Assembly: GCF_902652985.1 (NCBI RefSeq)
Contig: NC_047023.1
Coordinates: 35,898,001-35,962,000 of the forward strand
From: Pecten maximus
Lineage: Eukaryota
DNA length: 64,000 bases
Direction of reading: 5' to 3'
In this document: piece by piece, positions 60,961 through 64,000 of the stretch
Layout: every line of letters starts with the position of its first letter
How positions within the stretch are numbered: the stretch's first letter is position 1
Position numbers and translations under genes: made by a program
The notes under the pieces: generated by a model
Database searches by the model: none
Seen by the model: only the letters and a program-made list of their open reading frames with translations
What the model was told of the DNA's origin: nothing

Positions 60961-61607
60961 AAAAACACATAAGTCATTAAATACTGTAAACTTTCAATAT
61001 TTTGAATAATCAATAAAATAATATAGATACATTATCTAAACTTCCTTTAAAGTCATGATATGTGTACAGAAATAAATATTCTAATTGAAATAATTTTTGA
61101 CTTCCTTAATAAAATGAAATACAGTTTAATTACATTTTAATAAAATATGAAATAATAAGCAATTAACTGTCATAAAAACCTGATTATAGCATAAATTGTA
61201 TAACTGTATTTTATGGATCTTAATAAATATAGATTTAACATGTAGGCATTATTACCATGTATTAACAATAAAATAAATATTCCTAGTAGACTATAAACAA
61301 ATGTAAATAGTAATGTGAACAGAACAAAAGTAATTTGTAAAAATCTATTTATTTATAATAAATTATATTGAAAGCATCAAAGTATTAATATTTATATATG
61401 ATATAGTCTGATTATAGACCCGGGGCAGACATGGTGTCTTATAGGACTCCAGGTAGACTCGGAGTCCACTTGGAGTGCACTCCAAGTTTACCTGGAGTCC
61501 AAACGGAGTGCACTCCAAGTCCAAACGGAGTGCACTCGGAGTGCACTTGGGTGTAACCTTTAGTCTACACTCAACTGTAGTTCTTATACCATGCACCAAC
61601 GACGTCA

Positions 61608-64000
<2,393 letters not shown>

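Larger units (their letters stand above)
55596..61577. mobile_element. ~6-kb DNA transposon-like element with ~130-bp TIRs and TA flanks (Tc1/mariner-type termini)
   Basis: TA|cagttgagtgtagactaaaggttacac... and ...gtgtaacctttagtctacactcaactg|TA; both TIRs carry repeated ggagtgcactcc palindromes; no transposase ORF recognised. Confidence 0.75.

Overview
This window is AT-rich animal genomic DNA, probably from a bivalve or related lophotrochozoan (inferred from the transposon types). Bases 792-47505 (+) hold the last 36 exons of a HERC1 giant E3 ligase gene: UBA end, Cys/His-rich segment, WD40, second RCC1-like domain and HECT. All exon phases join in frame except for one extra A in an A7 run, and one intron is GC-AG. 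A single-exon FEM1B (CRL2 substrate receptor, 634 aa) lies convergently on the minus strand at 52268-54172. A near-identical copy 8569 bp further on is truncated to 377 aa and lacks the BC/VHL box. The two copies are separated by a ~6 kb TA-flanked inverted-repeat element with nested insertions. The most striking feature is that seven HERC1 splice sites (4 donors, 3 acceptors) are themselves amplified into tandem arrays of exon edge plus splice site. The copy that completes the conserved protein is always the one nearest the exon. One array (27 copies) is fully in frame and stop-free. Introns also carry satellites, LINE fragments, MITEs, Helentron-like elements and long terminal hairpins.
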